Shown: piece by piece, positions 51,271 to 60,753 of the stretch
Layout: every line of letters starts with the position of its first letter
Position numbering within the stretch: position 1 is the first letter of the stretch
Assembly (NCBI GenBank): GCA_036676395.1
Contig: JAKFCY010000003.1
Coordinates: 320,001 to 384,000 of the forward strand
Reading direction: 5' to 3'
Source of the DNA: Bdellovibrio sp.
Lineage (GTDB): Bacteria; Bdellovibrionota; Bdellovibrionia; Bdellovibrionales; Bdellovibrionaceae
Length of the DNA: 64,000 bases
Translations under genes and position numbers: made by a program
Notes under the pieces: generated by a model
Seen by the model: only the letters and a program-made list of their open reading frames with translations
What the model was told of the DNA's origin: nothing
Database searches by the model: none

Positions 51271-52128
51271 TCCAGATACGATCTCGGTTAACTCTGTAGT
51301 AATTTTTTCTTGACGAGCTTTGTTGTAAGTCAGAGTTAATTTGTTAATCATTTCTTTCGCGTTGTTCGTTGCGTTTTCCATAGCAGACATACGAGCACCG
51401 TGCTCAGACGCCACTGATTCAGACATTGCTTTGTAAACCGATAAGTTAAAATGCTTTTTCAAAAGCTCTTCAACGATCGCTTCTGGAGACGGATCAAAAA
51501 TAATGTCTTTAGAAAATTGGCTGCCTTCTGCATCAAATGATGTTTGATCAACTTGAATCGGAAGAAGCGTTTCGCATGTCACGATTTGAGAGATAGCTGA
51601 TTGGAACTCGTTATATACTAAGCGAATTTCATCGTAGCTACCATCAAGGTAGTGATTAATTAATTTTTCAGCGACACCTTTTGCTAAACCGTAAGAAATA
51701 TCTTTATCTAACTTGAAGTAAGTTTCGATAGATTTGATATTACGTTTTGCGAAATAGTCATCACCGCGTTTGCCGATAAAGAAAAAATCTAATTTTTCTA
51801 GTTTAGGTGCGTTCTCTAAACGATATTTATCAGCAAACTTAATAATATTTGTATTAAAGCCACCACAAAGACCGCGATCCGAAGTTAAAACTACAAGTAG
51901 AACTCTTTTTACAGAGTCTTTTGCCGTCATCAACGGATGAGTCACTTTTTGAGTTGCCGTAATGTTTGCGATAACTTTTTTCAAAGTCACCGCATACGGT
52001 CTCATATTTGTGATGTTGTGTTGTGCTCTACGTAGTTTCGCCGCAGATACCAGCTTCATCGCTTTCGTGATTTGCTGAGTATTCTTTGTCGAATCGATAC
52101 GCATGCGTATGTCTTTTAAACTTGCCAT
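51253..52128 (-). CDS. atpG: ATP synthase F1 gamma
   Basis: QITKAMKLVSAAK, SDRGLCG, RMSAMENAT.NA, RQEKITTEL.EI. Confidence 0.97.
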   Translation of the reverse strand: MASLKDIRMRIDSTKNTQQITKAMKLVSAAKLRRAQHNITNMRPYAVTLKKVIANITATQKVTHPLMTAKDSVKRVLLVVLTSDRGLCGGFNTNIIKFADKYRLENAPKLEKLDFFFIGKRGDDYFAKRNIKSIETYFKLDKDISYGLAKGVAEKLINHYLDGSYDEIRLVYNEFQSAISQIVTCETLLPIQVDQTSFDAEGSQFSKDIIFDPSPEAIVEELLKKHFNLSVYKAMSESVASEHGARMSAMENATNNAKEMINKLTLTYNKARQEKITTELTEIVSGAEAIK

Positions 52129-52140
52129 CTTTGTCCCTGA

Positions 52141-53664
52141 CTATTTAGTCGCTTGGAAAATAGCTTTGAATTCGTTAAGCGCGTTAACCATCTCTTTTTT
52201 GTTATCATCAGAGATCGCTTTTTTAGCCACGATATCTGTTAATACTCCAGAGTATTTTTGCTTCATGAATTCAATCATTTCTTTTTCGTAACGTTTAACA
52301 TCAGTTTCAGGAATAGTATCAACATAACCATTTGAAGCTGCGAAAATCATTGCAGTTTGTTCTTCAACTTTTACCGGTTGGTATTGACCTTGTTTTAAAA
52401 CTTCAACTAAACGACGACCACGAGCTAATTGGTTTTGCGAAGCTTTATCTAAGTCAGATGCGAAAGCTGCGAAAGCCTCTAACGCACGGAACTGAGCTAA
52501 TTCTAATTTCATAGAACCGGCAACTTGCTTCATCGCTTTAATCTGAGCGGCACCACCTACGCGTGATACTGATTTACCAACAGAAATTGCTGGACGGATA
52601 CCTTTGTAGAATAAATCTGATTCTAAGAAGATCTGACCATCAGTGATCGAGATAACGTTTGTTGGAATGTACGCAGAGATATCGCCCGCTTGAGTTTCGA
52701 TCATTGGTAATGCTGTTAATGAACCGGCACCAACTGCATCAGAAACTTTAGCTGCACGCTCTAATAAACGGCTGTGTAAATAGAATACGTCGCCTGGGTA
52801 GGCTTCACGTCCCGGAGGACGACGTAATAATAATGACATCTGACGGTATGCTTGAGCTTGCTTAGTTAAATCATCGTAAATGATTAATGCATGCTTACCA
52901 GAATCACGGAAGTATTCAGCCATTGCAGTACCAGTGTATGCAGATAAGTACTGCATAGGAGCTGGTTCAGAAGCTGAAGCTGTGATTACAGTTGTGTATT
53001 CCATTGCGCCAGCTTGACGTAATTTTTCAACAACTAGTGATACTGTAGATTGTTTTTGACCGATCGCTACGTAAAAGCAGTGAACGTTCTGACCTTTTTG
53101 ATTGATGATAGTATCAATCGCAATAGTCGTTTTGCCAGTTTGACGGTCGCCAATGATTAACTCACGTTGACCACGGCCAATTGGTACTAAGGCATCAATA
53201 GCTTTGATACCAGTCTGTAAAGGCTCATGAACCGATTTACGGTAAACGATACCTGGAGCTTTTAATTCTACGATACGAGTCTCTTTAGCGTTTAAAGGAC
53301 CTTTTCCATCAACTGGGTTACCTAAGGCATCAACTACGCGGCCTAATAATTCAGGGCCTACAGGAACTGATACGATTTGTTTTGTACGTTTAACAGTATC
53401 GCCTTCTTTAATGTCGCGATCTTCCCCGAAGATAACCACACCCACTTGAGAAGCCTCAAGATTTAGGGCCATACCTTTTACGCCTGAAGCGAATTCAACT
53501 AATTCACCGGCCATTACGTTTTCTAAACCATAAACGCGGGCAACACCGTCACCTACAGAAAGCACGCTTCCTGCCTCGGCAACTTCTACAGTTTTATTAT
53601 ATTTAGAAATCTGTTCTTTTAAAATACGGCCAATTTCATCGGCTCTGATTTGGGTTTCCATCAA
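52141..53664 (-). CDS. atpA: ATP synthase F1 alpha
   Basis: [40 protein letters not shown]. Confidence 0.98.
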   Translation of the reverse strand: MMETQIRADEIGRILKEQISKYNKTVEVAEAGSVLSVGDGVARVYGLENVMAGELVEFASGVKGMALNLEASQVGVVIFGEDRDIKEGDTVKRTKQIVSVPVGPELLGRVVDALGNPVDGKGPLNAKETRIVELKAPGIVYRKSVHEPLQTGIKAIDALVPIGRGQRELIIGDRQTGKTTIAIDTIINQKGQNVHCFYVAIGQKQSTVSLVVEKLRQAGAMEYTTVITASASEPAPMQYLSAYTGTAMAEYFRDSGKHALIIYDDLTKQAQAYRQMSLLLRRPPGREAYPGDVFYLHSRLLERAAKVSDAVGAGSLTALPMIETQAGDISAYIPTNVISITDGQIFLESDLFYKGIRPAISVGKSVSRVGGAAQIKAMKQVAGSMKLELAQFRALEAFAAFASDLDKASQNQLARGRRLVEVLKQGQYQPVKVEEQTAMIFAASNGYVDTIPETDVKRYEKEMIEFMKQKYSGVLTDIVAKKAISDDNKKEMVNALNEFKAIFQATK

Positions 53665-54204
53665 TTATAGTCCTCTCTTAATTAAATCATCTTTTAAACT
53701 TTTTAAATGGGCTTGTGCAGAATCGTCCATTGTCCAACCAGCTACTTCGACTTTGAAGCCAGCCACTAAACTTGGATTTTTTTCGAAAGTAAGCTCTACT
53801 TTTTTACCTAAAGCTTTTGAAGCAGTTGCTTCAGCTTGCTTTAAGAATTCAGCAGAAACCTCTTGAGCCGCAGATAATTTGCCTTTTGTGATGCCAGCAG
53901 ACGCTTGCACCAAAGAGCTAAATTCTTTCGCGATATCTTTTAATAAAGCAACGCGCTCGTTTTGTACTAATATAAGAATAAAATTAAATGTTTCAGGAGT
54001 AACTTTTCCCTCTAATGCCGCTTTTGCTACAGATAATTTATTGTCTGCAGTGTTAAACGGGCTTGTGAAAAACGCCACTACTTCGCCAGTGAAAATTTTA
54101 GTGATTTCGTTAAGCTGTTGACCAACTTCGCCGGCAGCACCTTTTTCGTAAGTTACGTCAAATAAAGACTTTGCGTATTTTTTTACTACGTTATTAGAAC
54201 TCAT
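53665..54204 (-). CDS. atpH: ATP synthase delta
   Basis: KYAKSLF, NF..IL..N.R, P.L..G....V...MD.S; operon position. Confidence 0.92.
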   Translation of the reverse strand: MSSNNVVKKYAKSLFDVTYEKGAAGEVGQQLNEITKIFTGEVVAFFTSPFNTADNKLSVAKAALEGKVTPETFNFILILVQNERVALLKDIAKEFSSLVQASAGITKGKLSAAQEVSAEFLKQAEATASKALGKKVELTFEKNPSLVAGFKVEVAGWTMDDSAQAHLKSLKDDLIKRGL

Positions 54205-54767
54205 GCTTTCACCTGTCCTAAATTTTGTAAAAATCCTGACTCAGATTTTTTAGTAACCGCATCTGCAGTGGCTTTTAGCCCTTGCTCAGTGATTGCCATA
54301 GATTGAGTAATGATTTTTTCGCGAATTTGTGATTTTGCTTTTAACACTTCAGCATTGATAATTAACGAAGTGTCTTCAACTATTTTTTTACCTTGAGCCT
54401 GAGAATCAGTTACCAATTTTTCAGCCGCAACCATCGCTTCTTTTTCGGCTTTGGCGATTGCTGCTGTTTCGCTTTTTTCAAGATCAGCAAGACGAGTTTT
54501 AATGTCTTTCAATTCCGCTTCCGCTAATTTTAAAGCGGCTTCGGTTTTTTGCGCTTCTTCTAAAAACGTCGCTTGGCGAGCAGCAAAAACCTGTGGAATT
54601 GATTTTCTTAATAAGAAAATAAGCGCAGCCAGCAAAATACCTACGTTGATTGCCTGATTGCGAATATCTGTCCAGGGAATGTGGTGATCGTCATGTGCGC
54701 CGCCCCCACTAGCCGCTAATGCAGCTGCAGATACTAATAATGTAGTTGTAAATAATAATGCTTTCAT
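54201..54767 (-). CDS. atpF: ATP synthase F0 subunit b
   Basis: Signal-like N-terminus, His-rich stretch, QAIN TM helix, long coiled coil; operon position. Confidence 0.85.
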   Translation of the reverse strand: MKALLFTTTLLVSAAALAASGGGAHDDHHIPWTDIRNQAINVGILLAALIFLLRKSIPQVFAARQATFLEEAQKTEAALKLAEAELKDIKTRLADLEKSETAAIAKAEKEAMVAAEKLVTDSQAQGKKIVEDTSLIINAEVLKAKSQIREKIITQSMAITEQGLKATADAVTKKSESGFLQNLGQVKA

Positions 54768-54769
54768 TC

Positions 54770-55240
54770 TTATAACCCCTGCTCGAATTTGCCTGTTAGG
54801 GTTTGTGCGATATCCGAAGAAATTTTTGCGATTTCACCGTCAGCAGCCTTCATTTGATCGTCGATATTTTTACGAGCTTTTGTCGCAGCTTCATCGGCTT
54901 GAATTTTTGCTTGAGAAATAATATCAGCTGATTTTTTTAAAGCTTTATTTTTTTCGGCATCAAAAATATCGCGAATTTTATTATTCACTTCGCGCGCTTT
55001 GGTTTGATAAACCAATTGCAAATTTTTAGCTTCAGCGGCCGCATCTTTTGCTACTGCATCTGCACCTTTTGTTTTTTGAAAACGTTTATCAGCGGCTTTA
55101 AAATATGGACCATAAACCACCGTCGTTAAAAACGTAATCGCTACGATAAAAATAACGACTTGAATGTACGCAGTCGTATTAGCTCCTAATTGGAGAAGAA
55201 TCTGCATAACGATCTCACCAATTTTTGAGAAAATTTCCAT
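54770..55240 (-). CDS. ATP synthase F0 subunit b'
   Basis: T..IQ..IF TM helix, Y.P......R, coiled coil; start uncertain (55264/55240/55207). Confidence 0.82.
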   Translation of the reverse strand: MEIFSKIGEIVMQILLQLGANTTAYIQVVIFIVAITFLTTVVYGPYFKAADKRFQKTKGADAVAKDAAAEAKNLQLVYQTKAREVNNKIRDIFDAEKNKALKKSADIISQAKIQADEAATKARKNIDDQMKAADGEIAKISSDIAQTLTGKFEQGL

Positions 55241-55343
55241 AGGCATCCTTATGTTAGAAAACACCTTGGAATAGCATTGTATTTAATTTGAGGTCAAGAT
55301 CTAAGAGCCAGCTGGGTTTTTGCAAGGCAAGTGAAAATTAAAT

Positions 55344-55376
55344 AGCTTCCGCTTTATTTTCATACAGCCGGAAGCT
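55344..55376 (-). terminator. hairpin downstream of the bactofilin gene (possible terminator)
   Basis: AGCTTCCG...CGGAAGCT inverted repeat followed by ATTT on the minus strand. Confidence 0.4.
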
Positions 55377-55386
55377 TTGGCAGATT

Positions 55387-55716
55387 TTATGTTTTAGGAA
55401 TATACGAGGCGCCCTCAAAAACCACACCCTCTTCTATCTTAAGACTTGGAGCAGTTACTGTGCCTCTAAAATGAGCTGGTGGCAGCATGATCACTTTAAC
55501 GTGAGCCGTGATATTGCCCTCAAAAGTGCCTTTTACGGTAATGCTGCCAACTTCAACATCGGCTTTTACAAAGCCCGTTTCGGTGATTATTAATTCATCA
55601 CGCGAAAAAATCTCTCCGTTAAACTGGCCCGAAATTTTTGCAGTGCCGCTGAAAGACATACGCCCCTCGATGGCGCAGCCTTCTTCAACAATAGCTGATA
55701 TAGAGTGTTGATCCAT
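55387..55716 (-). CDS. bactofilin (polymer-forming cytoskeletal protein)
   Basis: Beta-helix repeats IEG..SF.G..KI.G.F.GEI, V.G..EGNI.A, L.IEEG..FEG; start overlaps the parB stop (TAATG). Confidence 0.9.
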   Translation of the reverse strand: MDQHSISAIVEEGCAIEGRMSFSGTAKISGQFNGEIFSRDELIITETGFVKADVEVGSITVKGTFEGNITAHVKVIMLPPAHFRGTVTAPSLKIEEGVVFEGASYIPKT

Positions 55717-56681
55717 TATTCAGTTAATCTTTCGTAAATACTATTAAGTTGCTCATCCGAATAAAAGTGAATCGTTAACTCGCCCTTACCTTTTTTGTAA
55801 GAGATAGTTGTCTTGGTGCCTAAAGCCTTTTGAACCTGAGAGGCCAATTGCTGCGCAAGTTTTTCTGGCATATCTAATTCTTTAATTTTTGCATCAGAAG
55901 ATTCGTCTTTATGGCCGCCAGACTTTAAAAGTTGTTCTAAAGCACGAACCGATAGGCCTTTTGCTTGAACGGCTTTTGCTAAGCGCATTTGCTCTGGTTT
56001 TCCGTCTACAGAAAGAATTACTTTGGCATGTCCTACTGAAATCATTTTATCAGCGATCATATTTTTGATTTCAAATGGCAATACTAATAGGCGCAAGGCA
56101 TTGGCCACGGAAGATCTTTCTTTTCCAACTTTTTCAGCCACCTGCTGTTGCGAAAGATTAAATTCTTCCATTAAGCGCTGATAACTTTCAGCCTCATCAA
56201 TAGGGTCTAAATCTTCGCGTTGAATATTTTCAATTAATGCCAATTGAAGTGCTTCTTGATCAGTGAAGGCTTTAATTAATGCTGGAATTTCATGTAATCC
56301 GGCAATTTGAGCTGCTCTCCAGCGACGTTCACCGGCTACGATTTCAAAACCACCCGCTTGGCGCTTGCGAACTACGATGGGCTGTAGAATTCCGTTTTCT
56401 TTGATCGATTGAGCCAATTCATTTAATTGTTCTTTTTCAAATTTTTTACGAGGCTGATATTGGCCAGGAACAAGTTTATCTACGGCAATCGACCATATTC
56501 TTTTATCTTCATCGATTTTTTGTTCGACAATTTTTTCTACGATTTTTTCCACAACAACTTGTCTTGGCTCTTGATTAGCCACAGACTTTGGTTGAGTAGT
56601 CGCTCCAGCAGCTACGTCACCAAAAAGTGACATTTTTCCAAGACCGCGTTTTTTGTTTGAATTTTCTGTATTGTTTTCCAT
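55716..56681 (-). CDS. parB: chromosome partitioning protein ParB
   Basis: QPRK.F, GILQPI.VR, AGERRWRA, ENIQREDL, HTH with RSSVANALRLL. Confidence 0.96.
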   Translation of the reverse strand: MENNTENSNKKRGLGKMSLFGDVAAGATTQPKSVANQEPRQVVVEKIVEKIVEQKIDEDKRIWSIAVDKLVPGQYQPRKKFEKEQLNELAQSIKENGILQPIVVRKRQAGGFEIVAGERRWRAAQIAGLHEIPALIKAFTDQEALQLALIENIQREDLDPIDEAESYQRLMEEFNLSQQQVAEKVGKERSSVANALRLLVLPFEIKNMIADKMISVGHAKVILSVDGKPEQMRLAKAVQAKGLSVRALEQLLKSGGHKDESSDAKIKELDMPEKLAQQLASQVQKALGTKTTISYKKGKGELTIHFYSDEQLNSIYERLTE

Positions 56682-56684
56682 GTG

Positions 56685-57494
56685 TTACAGCTCTTGACTT
56701 GGTTGTTTGTTTTGTTCTAAAACTTCAGTTTTGCGTTTTGCGATGATCTCTTTGCCCAATTCTAGGTACATTAAAGCACCAATGCTTCTTGGGTCGTAAC
56801 CAAAAATAGATACTCCGTGGCTAGGCGCCTCAGATAGACGAACATTTCTCGGAATGATCACGCCAAACACTTTATCTTTAAAATGGGTTTTAATTTCTTC
56901 AACCACTTGGTGGCTTAAGTTGTTGCGCTTATCAAACATCGTTAAAAGAATACCTTCGATATGCAAGTTGGGATTGATGCCCTTTTTGACTAAACCCGCA
57001 GTATTTAATAGTTGAGACAACCCTTCTAAGGCGTAATACTCACATTGAAGTGGAACTAAAAAGCTATTGGCCGCTGCCAAAGAGTTTAAAGTGAGTAGTC
57101 CAAGCGATGGTGGGCAATCAATGATAACGTAGTCATACTGATGAGAAACCGTCTGAATAGCCTGTTTTAGACGAAACTCACGCTGTGGCATATCCACCAG
57201 CTCGATTTCAGCCCCCACAAGGTCAGGATTTGCAGTAGCAATATGTAGATTGTCGTGATTGGCTCTAAAAACGACCTCAGATAGGGTACTTTCGCCGATT
57301 AAAACATGATAAATATTCTTTTCTTCGGTCTCGTGCTTCTTAATGCCTAGTCCGCTGGATGCATTTCCCTGGGGATCCATATCCACCACTAATACTTTTT
57401 TACCTAACTGAGCTAAGGCAGACGATAAATTCACTGTAGTGGTGGTTTTTCCCACTCCACCCTTTTGATTGGCTACGCAAATGACTTTAACCAT
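56685..57494 (-). CDS. parA: chromosome partitioning ATPase ParA
   Basis: NQKGGVGKTT, DMDPQGNAS, DCPPSLG, PRNVRLSEAPSHG; ATG at 57494 after GGAGG. Confidence 0.96.
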   Translation of the reverse strand: MVKVICVANQKGGVGKTTTTVNLSSALAQLGKKVLVVDMDPQGNASSGLGIKKHETEEKNIYHVLIGESTLSEVVFRANHDNLHIATANPDLVGAEIELVDMPQREFRLKQAIQTVSHQYDYVIIDCPPSLGLLTLNSLAAANSFLVPLQCEYYALEGLSQLLNTAGLVKKGINPNLHIEGILLTMFDKRNNLSHQVVEEIKTHFKDKVFGVIIPRNVRLSEAPSHGVSIFGYDPRSIGALMYLELGKEIIAKRKTEVLEQNKQPSQEL

Positions 57495-57514
57495 GATGTT
57501 TTCCTCCAAAGAAA

Positions 57515-57530
57515 TGTTCTACGTGGAACA
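57515..57530. other. parS site
   Basis: TGTTCTACGTGGAACA, one mismatch from the palindrome TGTTCCACGTGGAACA. Confidence 0.85.
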
Positions 57531-57601
57531 ATGTGAATATCCTGTCCCTCGCATGTGTTCTTTACAAGAAAATACTTTAGTGCCGCACTATTTAATCCGA
57601 T

Positions 57602-57617
57602 TGTTCTACGTGGAACA
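57602..57617. other. parS site
   Basis: TGTTCTACGTGGAACA, identical to the first site. Confidence 0.85.
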
Positions 57618-57618
57618 T

Positions 57619-58146
57619 ATGCAAAAACCAATAAAACTCCTTCTTTTTACGCTCCTGCTGATCGGTTTGGCGGGTTGTAATAAGCGCGATCCCAACCCAG
57701 AGAATAAAGATGCTGTTTTTGCCCAATTAAATAAAGATCTAGCCGAAGCAAAAGTCGCACTCGCCTATGTCGCCGATTATATTAATACAAACAAACTAGA
57801 TCTTGAGACTGCCGTTCCACAATCAGGCGAACAGCCGGTTTATGTGAAAAGAATAAATGAAGGGCTAAACGCGCAGACTTATGCCGCACAACAGGTGCGC
57901 GCATATGAAGTTCGCATCGAAGAGCGAAAATTATATGTTCAGCGACGTTATTTAGAAAGTCTTACGCCTAATGGCAGAAAATGGCCCGAAGAGGGCGAAG
58001 CCGAAGCTGAACTATTAAAACTACAGATGCTTCGGGAAAAAGTCGCGCGCGTGAAGAACACGTTGCCAAAAGCCGAAGATAAAAATGTTCCACGTGGAAC
58101 AACCGATGGAAAAACTCCGGCAGTAGCTCCCGCAAGTTCTCATTAA
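57619..58146 (+). CDS. hypothetical lipoprotein
   Basis: ATG at 57619 gives MQKPIKLLLFTLLLIGLAGC (lipobox LAGC); helical/coiled-coil body. Confidence 0.75.
   Translation: MQKPIKLLLFTLLLIGLAGCNKRDPNPENKDAVFAQLNKDLAEAKVALAYVADYINTNKLDLETAVPQSGEQPVYVKRINEGLNAQTYAAQQVRAYEVRIEERKLYVQRRYLESLTPNGRKWPEEGEAEAELLKLQMLREKVARVKNTLPKAEDKNVPRGTTDGKTPAVAPASSH
58086..58101. other. parS site (perfect palindrome, intragenic)
   Basis: TGTTCCACGTGGAACA. Confidence 0.92.
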
Positions 58147-58161
58147 TAACGTAATTTTAAA

Positions 58162-58812
58162 TTAGGCGATCTTTGTCGCCGCAATAACATAGAAACTAGA
58201 ATCTGTTGTCGGAAGCTTATATTCATGAAAAAGTTTAGGCGACCAGATAGAACAAAGCTGTGTTGGTACCTCAGAAATTTCTATCGGCCAATCCGAAGCT
58301 TTCATAAAATACATCACACCATTAACTTTAAAAGATTTGCGTAAAGCTAAAAAAGCTTTCGACAAAGTCGTGTATCCCCGACAAATGGCTTGCTCAATTG
58401 AATCTTCTTCAAGAGTTTCTGCAGACAGCGGAATAACAAAAATATTTTTTGCACCGGTGATTGCGATAACTTTTTTCAAGAAGTCGCACCGACGTTGGTC
58501 TGAGTCGACAAGGTGCACGCGCACGTCAGGATAAGCCAAGCCGATGACCATTCCTGGAAAACCATTTCCAGAGGCTATGTCATATAAAGGCTCGTTTTTA
58601 TTAATGTTTTTGTAAACTGATTCGAAAGCAAGGAGTGAATCCGAAAAATGCACAAGATCTGCATGGGGAAGCGATTTATCTGAGACTAGGCTTAGGTTTT
58701 TATTGGCTTTGATAAGTTCTTGGTTAAATAGACTTAGCTTATCAATCGCATTTTGCGGAAGTTTTGGAAACCATTTAGCTAAGCGCCAGTTGACTTGTAA
58801 TTCAGAGCTCAT
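58162..58812 (-). CDS. rsmG: 16S rRNA m7G527 methyltransferase
   Basis: N...NLSL, HFSDSL, DIASGNGFPG, LVDSD.RR..FL; between mnmG and parA. Confidence 0.9.
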   Translation of the reverse strand: MSSELQVNWRLAKWFPKLPQNAIDKLSLFNQELIKANKNLSLVSDKSLPHADLVHFSDSLLAFESVYKNINKNEPLYDIASGNGFPGMVIGLAYPDVRVHLVDSDQRRCDFLKKVIAITGAKNIFVIPLSAETLEEDSIEQAICRGYTTLSKAFLALRKSFKVNGVMYFMKASDWPIEISEVPTQLCSIWSPKLFHEYKLPTTDSSFYVIAATKIA

Positions 58813-58833
58813 GAGAAATAGGTCCCTCTCAAA

Positions 58834-60702
58834 CTATAAAAATTTATTACCTTTAAGATAAATCATTATAGCCTGAATTGCTGACGGATTCACACCTGAA
58901 ATTCTTTGCGCCTGACCTAAAGTGCGTGGCTTAACTTTATTTAGTTTATCAACTTCTTCGTTCGATAACCCTTTAATATTTGAGAAAACTAATTCTTGTG
59001 GAATTTCGAGCGTCTCTAATTTTTTAGATTGTTCGATGATTTCGTACTGTTTCTTCACGTAGCCAGAATACTTAACTTCGATCTCTACAGCCTCGGTGAC
59101 CACTTCATTTTTATTAACTGGAAAGTCTAGCTTCTCAAGATGTGAAAAATTGATCTCGGTGCGACGTAAGAACTCTTCCATAGTGACAGGCTTTAATAAA
59201 GGCTTACTGCCCATTTCAACAATTGTGTCGTTGATCGCTTTTTTTGGATAAAGAATCGTAGATTGTAGCTGACCTAGTAAAACACTGCGCTCATCTTTGA
59301 TAGCCATTAGCTGATTCAGCTCTTTTTCAGAGACTAAACCGATCTTTTTCGAGATATCCGCCAAACGATCAATCGTATTGTCTTCACGTAAGACTAAACG
59401 ATGCTCGGCACGTGAAGTAAACATGCGGTAGGGCTCGCGAGTGCCTTTAGTTACAAGGTCATCAATCAATACACCCGAATAAGCTTCAGATCTTGATAGG
59501 ATAAACTCTTCTTTTTCTAATAAACTGTGTGAAGCATTTACGCCGGCAATAAAACCCTGAGTGGCAGCTTCTTCATACCCGCTAGTTCCGTTAATTTGCC
59601 CTGCTAAAAATAGATTTTTAATCGGACGAGTTTCTAGGCGGTGATGAATCTGAGTTGGCTCAATAAAATCATACTCAACAGCGTATCCGTAGCGAACTAC
59701 TTTTACGTTTTCTAAGCCAGGAATAGTCTTTAAGAACTGATCTTGTACATCAGCTGGCAAGGACGTCGAAATACCCTGTAGATAAATCAAATCACTGGTT
59801 AAACTTTCTGGTTCTAAGAAAGTTTGATGTGTGCCTTTTTCATGAAAGCGCGTCACCTTGTCTTCGATAGATGGACAGTAACGTGGCCCAACGCCTTCGA
59901 TAATTCCGCAATACATAGGAGATTTATCTAAGTTGTTTCTGATAATTTCGTGCGTTTGCTCTGTCGTGTGCGAAAGATAGCACAGCACTTGTGGCAGGTA
60001 AAATTCACGTTTTGATTTAAAACTGAACGGGTAAAACTTTGGATCACCCTGTTGCGGCATGGTTTTACTCCAGTCGATACTATCTTTATGAAGGCGCGCA
60101 GGAGTTCCCGTTTTTAAACGTTGAACAGTAAAACCGAATTCACGCATTTGATCAGAAAGCCCCACAGAAGCCGCATCGCCGACGCGTCCACCTGGAGTTT
60201 GTTCTAAACCGATATGCATAACTCCATTTAAAAAAGTTCCTGCCGTAATGATCACGCGCTCAGAAAAAATTTGCGAACCATCTTGTAAAACTACACCACG
60301 GCATTCGTTACCGTCTAAGATAAGATGTTTTACTTCGCCCTGAATTACTTCTAAATTTTGTTGGCTATACAAGGCTGTCGTTTGAATTTGTGAATATATT
60401 TTTTTATCGTTTTGCGTACGTGTTCCACGAACCGCTGGGCCCTTAGAGGCATTTAGTCTTTTAAACTGAATACAAGATTCATCAGCGGCGACACCCATTT
60501 GTCCGCCAAGCACGTCGATTTCGCGAACCATGTGGCCTTTGGCTAATCCGCCGATAGATGGATTACAAGACATGTAACCTATGCGATCGATATTACTAGT
60601 CACCATCAGGGTTTTTAATCCTAATTTAGCTGGCACTAAACAGGCTTCAATTCCTGCGTGACCTGCTCCGACTACAATGACTTGATACGAATTAGATTTC
60701 AT
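58834..60702 (-). CDS. mnmG: tRNA uridine-5-carboxymethylaminomethyl modification enzyme
   Basis: GAGHAGIEA, MSCNPSIGG.AKG, GPRYCPSIEDK, AGQINGTSGYEEA. Confidence 0.97.
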   Translation of the reverse strand: MKSNSYQVIVVGAGHAGIEACLVPAKLGLKTLMVTSNIDRIGYMSCNPSIGGLAKGHMVREIDVLGGQMGVAADESCIQFKRLNASKGPAVRGTRTQNDKKIYSQIQTTALYSQQNLEVIQGEVKHLILDGNECRGVVLQDGSQIFSERVIITAGTFLNGVMHIGLEQTPGGRVGDAASVGLSDQMREFGFTVQRLKTGTPARLHKDSIDWSKTMPQQGDPKFYPFSFKSKREFYLPQVLCYLSHTTEQTHEIIRNNLDKSPMYCGIIEGVGPRYCPSIEDKVTRFHEKGTHQTFLEPESLTSDLIYLQGISTSLPADVQDQFLKTIPGLENVKVVRYGYAVEYDFIEPTQIHHRLETRPIKNLFLAGQINGTSGYEEAATQGFIAGVNASHSLLEKEEFILSRSEAYSGVLIDDLVTKGTREPYRMFTSRAEHRLVLREDNTIDRLADISKKIGLVSEKELNQLMAIKDERSVLLGQLQSTILYPKKAINDTIVEMGSKPLLKPVTMEEFLRRTEINFSHLEKLDFPVNKNEVVTEAVEIEVKYSGYVKKQYEIIEQSKKLETLEIPQELVFSNIKGLSNEEVDKLNKVKPRTLGQAQRISGVNPSAIQAIMIYLKGNKFL

Positions 60703-60753
60703 GTGCCCTTATAATTGTAACGCTTCGTCCGTTACCCTTTGTGTTTAGGGCGA

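Noticed and set aside
57469..57618. N-terminal extension of the 225-aa ORF with a repeated FYVE peptide
   Set aside because: The repeat is just the translation of two parS sites; the lipoprotein signal starts at 57619.
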